Virus record (IMG/VR): IMGVR_UViG_3300006201_000132
Length of the DNA: 17,080 nt
Reading direction: 5' to 3' (one strand)
Source: a virus
Every line of letters starts with the position of its first letter. Positions within the stretch are counted from its first letter, which is position 1. The position numbers and the translations under genes are program-made. A model generated the notes under the pieces. The model was not told the DNA's origin. It saw nothing but the letters and a program-made list of their open reading frames with translations, and made no database searches. Shown here piece after piece: positions 13,558 through 17,080 of the stretch.

Positions 13558-15276
13558 TTACTTAATCGAAAAAGTTGTGGGCGTAAGCACGATGCCGCCC
13601 TTTACATGGTTTGGTCTCAGCTTACCCCAGAGTTCCAGGCCTTGACGGAAGTTGCCGAAATTGATTTGACTTCGCAAATTCTTCGGGCACCCGCAGGCTT
13701 TAACGTCTATATAGGGGGTCACTGGCACCATAGTATATACATCATCCACCATCTTGCCAACGTGGGTGACCCGTTCGGCGTAGGTCTTCGAGCGAACATA
13801 GCGGGCCAGGTCAAAATCGGATTCATGCTTCCAGGCCCCTAACTTGGTAGGGTGGACAAAATCGAGGTTGAGGGGTTCTTGCCCCAGGCAATGGATTGAA
13901 TCGGTATCTGCATACAGAAAACGGGAGTAGATGCGCTGGCAGTTGGTGATGATGTCGCGCCGCGCGTAAGCCGTGATGAACGCACCCATGGGGGTGTATA
14001 CAGGGGCGCGGGTCTCCTCCTCACCGAGGCGGTAACCTGTTTGACCCCCTTCCTTGAGGTAAGGCACCTTACCCGTAACGTCGGGGTTGGTCGCGAACTT
14101 GCCGTAAAGTGAGTTTAGCATCAGTTTAGCTCGCAACCGCTCGCCGCCCTCGGTGGTCTCCTTAATACGCATCCAATGGTCTATATACTCGCAGAACATA
14201 CCGCGCATTGCCTGGAATTTATAACCACCGTTCCACGAGACCACGACAACGTCATAGTGTTCACTCAACAAATCTAAGTCAACATTTGTCAAGGCTAAAT
14301 CCACCATGCCGTCTGAATCAATGACGTACTCGTGTTCGCTGAAATAGGGGTTGCCCTTGATTTGCACTGTGGGCAGATGATCGGGCTTGAGCTTAAGCGA
14401 GCAGGTTAGAAACTGAATGTAAAGCGGATATAGAGGGTCTTTGGTGTACCGCCCCGTGAAGTACGTGGGCAGGCCCACGGGCAGGGCATCGCTGTACATG
14501 ACGGAAGGGTACATACTGTTCTTATCGTAGACGCTGCCCATCCATATATTACGCCGTGGTTTGTCCTCGGAACAGGTGAAACGAGGATTGGCATACGTCC
14601 AACCGCCTTTGTAGGCTCGGCGTATCTCGGTATCCATTGCCACGGGAATTTCCGGGAAGAGTCTACGCCAGAGTTTTTTGCCCAACCCGTCCTGATACCA
14701 GGCGAGCGCATCGGCTCCCGTGGTCAGGCGCGTTAATCCTCGTTCGAAGTCCTGGCGTAGCGCCATGGACATAATGAGCACGTCGTTTTTCAGGTATTGC
14801 TTTTCCTCGTCGGTGAGGTGATGGCCGACAGGGCGCGGTGCGTCATAGTCAATTGAGAGCTTGGAAACGGGAAGCTTGAAGGCTCGGGCCACTTCCTCAA
14901 CACTCATGGTTAACTTCTTTAGGGAGTCCTTGAAGGTGACCACATTAAGCTGGCGCTTAGTGCGCTTGAAACAGACCTGAACTTGATAGTACTTCCCCAT
15001 GTTGGAAATGAGGGTGGAGAACTGGCGGGTGCCCGGTTTTTCCTTGACCCACTCCCATCCGTTGTTCAAAAGGTAGTTGACGATGAACTCGCCGTCAAAA
15101 GCGAGATTGTGGAACCACATATCGCAGTTTTCCACGTCCTCGCAGAAGGCCAGGAACGTTTCCATGTTCGTTCCCATCGTAACCGTTGCTTCTCCGCTGA
15201 TCTCGCAAGCTGCCCACGCCCAAACCCTGCAATCTTCCTCCTCCGTGGTGGTCTCGAAGTCAGCGGTGTAATCCAA
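13558..15276 (-). CDS. Protein-primed family B DNA polymerase (phi29 gp2-like), 572 aa
   Basis: The motifs present are: Exo I DFETTT; Exo II FHNLAFDGEFIVNYL; Exo III YLKNDVLIM; motif A YDKNSMYPSVMY; motif B KLMLNSLYGKFATNP; motif C LYADTDSIHC; and KxY RSKTYAE. It uses a TTG start at 15276-15274, with AAGGAGGTG 5 nt upstream overlapping the TP stop. Confidence 0.97.
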   Translation of the reverse strand: MDYTADFETTTEEEDCRVWAWAACEISGEATVTMGTNMETFLAFCEDVENCDMWFHNLAFDGEFIVNYLLNNGWEWVKEKPGTRQFSTLISNMGKYYQVQVCFKRTKRQLNVVTFKDSLKKLTMSVEEVARAFKLPVSKLSIDYDAPRPVGHHLTDEEKQYLKNDVLIMSMALRQDFERGLTRLTTGADALAWYQDGLGKKLWRRLFPEIPVAMDTEIRRAYKGGWTYANPRFTCSEDKPRRNIWMGSVYDKNSMYPSVMYSDALPVGLPTYFTGRYTKDPLYPLYIQFLTCSLKLKPDHLPTVQIKGNPYFSEHEYVIDSDGMVDLALTNVDLDLLSEHYDVVVVSWNGGYKFQAMRGMFCEYIDHWMRIKETTEGGERLRAKLMLNSLYGKFATNPDVTGKVPYLKEGGQTGYRLGEEETRAPVYTPMGAFITAYARRDIITNCQRIYSRFLYADTDSIHCLGQEPLNLDFVHPTKLGAWKHESDFDLARYVRSKTYAERVTHVGKMVDDVYTMVPVTPYIDVKACGCPKNLRSQINFGNFRQGLELWGKLRPNHVKGGIVLTPTTFSIK

Positions 15277-15288
15277 CGGTTCACCTCC

Positions 15289-16014
15289 TTACTTGCGTGG
15301 AAAATACCTTTCGTATTGCCGCCACCAGTCGGCCCCCTGACCAAAGGTCGGGGCGGTGCCGTAGCTGCGAAGGGTCTTTTCTCCCTGACGGGCCAGCTGT
15401 ATGTTTCGCTTGTGGATGTCGTTATGCAGTGTATCCCACTTGGCGAAGAGGTCTTTCACCTTGCTGCGCTTTTTCTTCCGGGTTCGGCTAAGGTACTGCT
15501 CTTCGATGTAGTCCAAGTTGTAATCGAGAAATTCCAGGTCTACATCATCCTCGAATTGAATATTGTCGGGCGGGTAGGCGAGCCGCCAAATGGTTGCGCC
15601 GAAGTCGCCTTGGTCGGCGAGCATTCGCAGTTGTTCGTTGCTGAGGTTGGCGATTCGGTAGGTAAGTTCATCGTTGCCTATGCTCTTCGCGGCTCGGGTG
15701 AAATTCTCTTTGATCGCCTTGGCTCGTCTGCGCTCGTAACCGGGGGCCAACTGCCGTTCCATCTGCTCAATAGCGGTTTTTATTTGCGCGTCGCTCTTGA
15801 AGTCCGAGCCTTTCACCCGCCGGCTCCCCTGAATATTGCCGTATGCTCTGTAAGGCTCGGGCTCCAATAGCGAGCGCTGGCCTACGGTCATTTCATTCTG
15901 CGCGAGTCCCGAGATATAGGGCTTCAAGGCCATCTTATCCCAGTACTTTTGGTGTTTCTTGTGCCACCGCTTATAGAGGCGGTCATAGCGTTGTTCAAGT
16001 TTTTTGCTGGGCAT
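15289..16014 (-). CDS. Terminal protein (TP) candidate, 241 aa
   Basis: It lies immediately upstream of, and is translationally linked to, the protein-primed polymerase, which is the invariant TP position in phi29-like phages. The size is in the TP range. The N-terminus is very basic (MPSKKLEQRYDRLYKRWHKKHQKYW). No sequence similarity was recognised, so the call is positional. Confidence 0.6.
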   Translation of the reverse strand: MPSKKLEQRYDRLYKRWHKKHQKYWDKMALKPYISGLAQNEMTVGQRSLLEPEPYRAYGNIQGSRRVKGSDFKSDAQIKTAIEQMERQLAPGYERRRAKAIKENFTRAAKSIGNDELTYRIANLSNEQLRMLADQGDFGATIWRLAYPPDNIQFEDDVDLEFLDYNLDYIEEQYLSRTRKKKRSKVKDLFAKWDTLHNDIHKRNIQLARQGEKTLRSYGTAPTFGQGADWWRQYERYFPRK

Positions 16015-16037
16015 CTGTGTACCTCCTTATATAAAGC

Positions 16038-16067
16038 GGCCCGCCGTGAAGGGGAGCACGGCGGGCC
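16038..16067 (-). terminator. Terminator-like hairpin (possible attenuator) between the SSB-like gene and the TP gene
   Basis: An 11-bp perfect GC-rich stem GGCCCGCCGTG/CACGGCGGGCC has an 8-nt loop. On the minus strand it is followed by GCUUUAUAUAAGGAGG, so a short interrupted U-tract runs into the TP RBS. Confidence 0.4.
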
Positions 16068-16094
16068 ATGGCAGGAGAGAAAGGAGTTGGCGAG

Positions 16095-16544
16095 TTAGCG
16101 GACAAACTCCAGGGACGTAAACTTGAAACCGTTCTTGCCCTGCTTCTTCACGGGCTTGACCTTAACGGACGGGTTCCACGGGGCGGGGAAGTTCTTAAGC
16201 GCGGTAGTGAGGTTGCGCATGGAGGTCTCTACGCCGCTGGACACGCAGGCATAGTTACCCTCGTCGCACATGAGCACGATGCGGTTGGCGGACTCGATAA
16301 CGCCCGTCTTCTCGTTCACAACCTCAATGGGCTGCACCACGTAATCGTGGATACCGATAACGTTGCCGATCTGATCTTCCAAGGCCTCGGCATCGGAAAG
16401 CGCGGCGGCGAGGTTGATAGCCTCCTCCATGGTCTCCGGCTCGAAGGTGGAGAAGTAGGCCATGGGGTTGGCGGCAGGGACGGGGGCCAGCGCGGCGTTC
16501 TCGTCGCGAACTTCCTCAAAGCTGGCAATGATCTCGTTGGTCAT
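16095..16544 (-). CDS. Single-stranded DNA-binding protein candidate (149 aa)
   Basis: The core VIGIHDYVVQPIEVVNEKTGVIESANRIVLMCDEGNYACVSSGVETSMRNL...PWNPSVKVKPVKKQGKNGFKFTSLEF resembles the small phage SSB family typified, from memory, by lactococcal phage p2 ORF34. The N-terminus is acidic. The position upstream of TP/DNAP matches phi29 gene 5. Confidence 0.5.
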   Translation of the reverse strand: MTNEIIASFEEVRDENAALAPVPAANPMAYFSTFEPETMEEAINLAAALSDAEALEDQIGNVIGIHDYVVQPIEVVNEKTGVIESANRIVLMCDEGNYACVSSGVETSMRNLTTALKNFPAPWNPSVKVKPVKKQGKNGFKFTSLEFVR

Positions 16545-16553
16545 GGTTCTGTT

Positions 16554-16576
16554 CCTTTCTGTGGTGTACTATTCTG
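16554..16576 (-). promoter_or_regulatory. Conserved leader motif, copy B (upstream of the SSB-like gene)
   Basis: The minus strand reads CAGAATAGTACACCACAGAAAGGAACAGAACCATG. It shares the blocks GAATAGTACA, CCACA, GAAAGGA and AACC..ATG with the leader of the 81-aa gene. The TAG within it is the stop codon of the 81-aa gene. Confidence 0.45.
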
Positions 16577-16814
16577 CGTTGTGCTCGATGGTTTCCAGTT
16601 CCGCGTGCTCCATGAACTCGCTATCAGGCATGGAGTATACTAGCGTAACCGGGGTAGCCGTGTCCAGCATGAAATTGGGGTGTTCCTTGCGGACTCTCGA
16701 CAGAAGGTGGCGGGTGCTGGTGTAGTGGCCCGCCACCTGGTAGCTTACGGGCGTTACCTCGCCGTCGATGAGGTCATAGCCGTGAGCCACCGTGGCTTTC
16801 CTTCTCAGTTGCAT
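16569..16814 (-). CDS. Hypothetical early protein (81 aa), first gene of the right-hand operon
   Basis: ATG 16814 has AAGGAGGTG upstream. No family was recognised. It occupies the position of phi29 gene 6 (dsDNA-binding protein), but that analogy is purely positional. Confidence 0.6.
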   Translation of the reverse strand: MQLRRKATVAHGYDLIDGEVTPVSYQVAGHYTSTRHLLSRVRKEHPNFMLDTATPVTLVYSMPDSEFMEHAELETIEHNAE

Positions 16815-16826
16815 TCGGTTTCACCT

Positions 16827-16854
16827 CCTTTCTTTTGTGGGCTGTACTATTCGG
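16827..16854 (-). promoter_or_regulatory. Conserved leader motif, copy A (upstream of the 81-aa gene)
   Basis: The minus strand reads CCGAATAGTACAGCCCACAAAAGAAAGGAGGTGAAACCGAATG, which aligns block-wise with copy B. Its core is the reverse complement of GTGG(GC)TGTACTAT. That core is related to GTGGTGTATACTAT in the ITR (184-197 / 16884-16897). Confidence 0.45.
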
Positions 16855-16867
16855 TTATCAAGGTGCT

Positions 16868-17080
16868 TTCTTCCTGACGTCACATAGTATACACCACCAC
16901 GCCCACTGCGGAAGTGGGAGGCCGTGGGTTCATAAAGTCTACACAATGTTGTGAGGCGGTGAATTATAGTGCAATGGTGAGTAAAGTTAGTTGCAGTTTA
17001 GGGCGGCACGTTGGGTGTGCGGTACGGTGCAGAGTTGCACTTTGGGGGAAAGCGAGTCAGTGGGAGGTACAGTTATATAT
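16868..17080. repeat. Right inverted terminal repeat (ITR-R), 213 bp
   Basis: Exact reverse complement of 1-213. It ends the window with ...ATATAT, which reads 5'-ATATATA on the minus strand. Confidence 0.97.
16875..16891 (-). promoter_or_regulatory. Mirror copy of the ITR promoter/operator candidate, facing the right-hand early operon
   Basis: Same sequence as 190-206, because it lies inside the ITR. TATACT on the minus strand is at 16891-16886 and TGACGTCA at 16882-16875. The first gene downstream on the minus strand starts at 16814. Confidence 0.3.

Noticed and set aside
1-17080. Temperate lifestyle or prophage; tRNA genes; CRISPR array.
   Set aside because: I recognised no integrase, recombinase, excisionase, CI-like repressor module or cloverleaf-like tRNA sequence. 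The RHH-like protein alone is insufficient evidence for lysogeny. Protein-primed linear replicons of this type are typically virulent.

Overview
This window appears to be a complete linear phage genome of about 17.1 kb, of the phi29-like, protein-primed podovirus type, rather than a chromosomal fragment. Bases 1-213 are the exact reverse complement of 16868-17080, giving a 213-bp inverted terminal repeat (ITR) that breaks at 214/16867. The termini read 5'-ATATATA.

A short AT-richer left arm (228-1146, + strand) carries five tiny genes, at least three of them paralogous. It converges on a bidirectional terminator (1201-1222) with one very long minus-strand gene train running from the right ITR to 1255.

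Reading in the direction of transcription, that train contains:
- an 81-aa unknown protein
- an SSB-like protein
- a terminal-protein candidate
- a family-B protein-primed DNA polymerase with all Exo I-III, A, B, C and KxY motifs
- an RHH-like regulator
- a 177-bp non-coding gap ending in a strong intrinsic terminator
- a scaffold-like acidic protein
- a gp8-like major capsid protein with an Ig-like C-terminus
- a gp9-like tail knob
- a gp10-like portal (connector)
- a gp11-like lower collar
- a coiled-coil protein
- a modular tail fibre
- a tail-associated peptidoglycan hydrolase with an NlpC/P60-like C-terminus
- a gp16-like packaging ATPase
- a holin
- a GH25+SH3 endolysin

No integrase, tRNA or CRISPR array was seen.

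The most interesting unexplained signal is the structured 160-175 nt non-coding segment at 13130-13292. It sits downstream of the polymerase operon, where phi29 encodes its packaging RNA. It is a candidate pRNA-like or regulatory RNA, and every late transcript apparently has to cross its terminator.

Other points worth a second look:
- the dinucleotide-reiterated termini
- ITR-embedded promoter/operator candidates that would drive two different operons
- a repeated leader motif
- AT-rich iterons at the convergence point
- an SD-sequestering palindrome before the fibre gene
- compositional mosaicism

All homology statements come from reading the translations against remembered family motifs. 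No database search was run.
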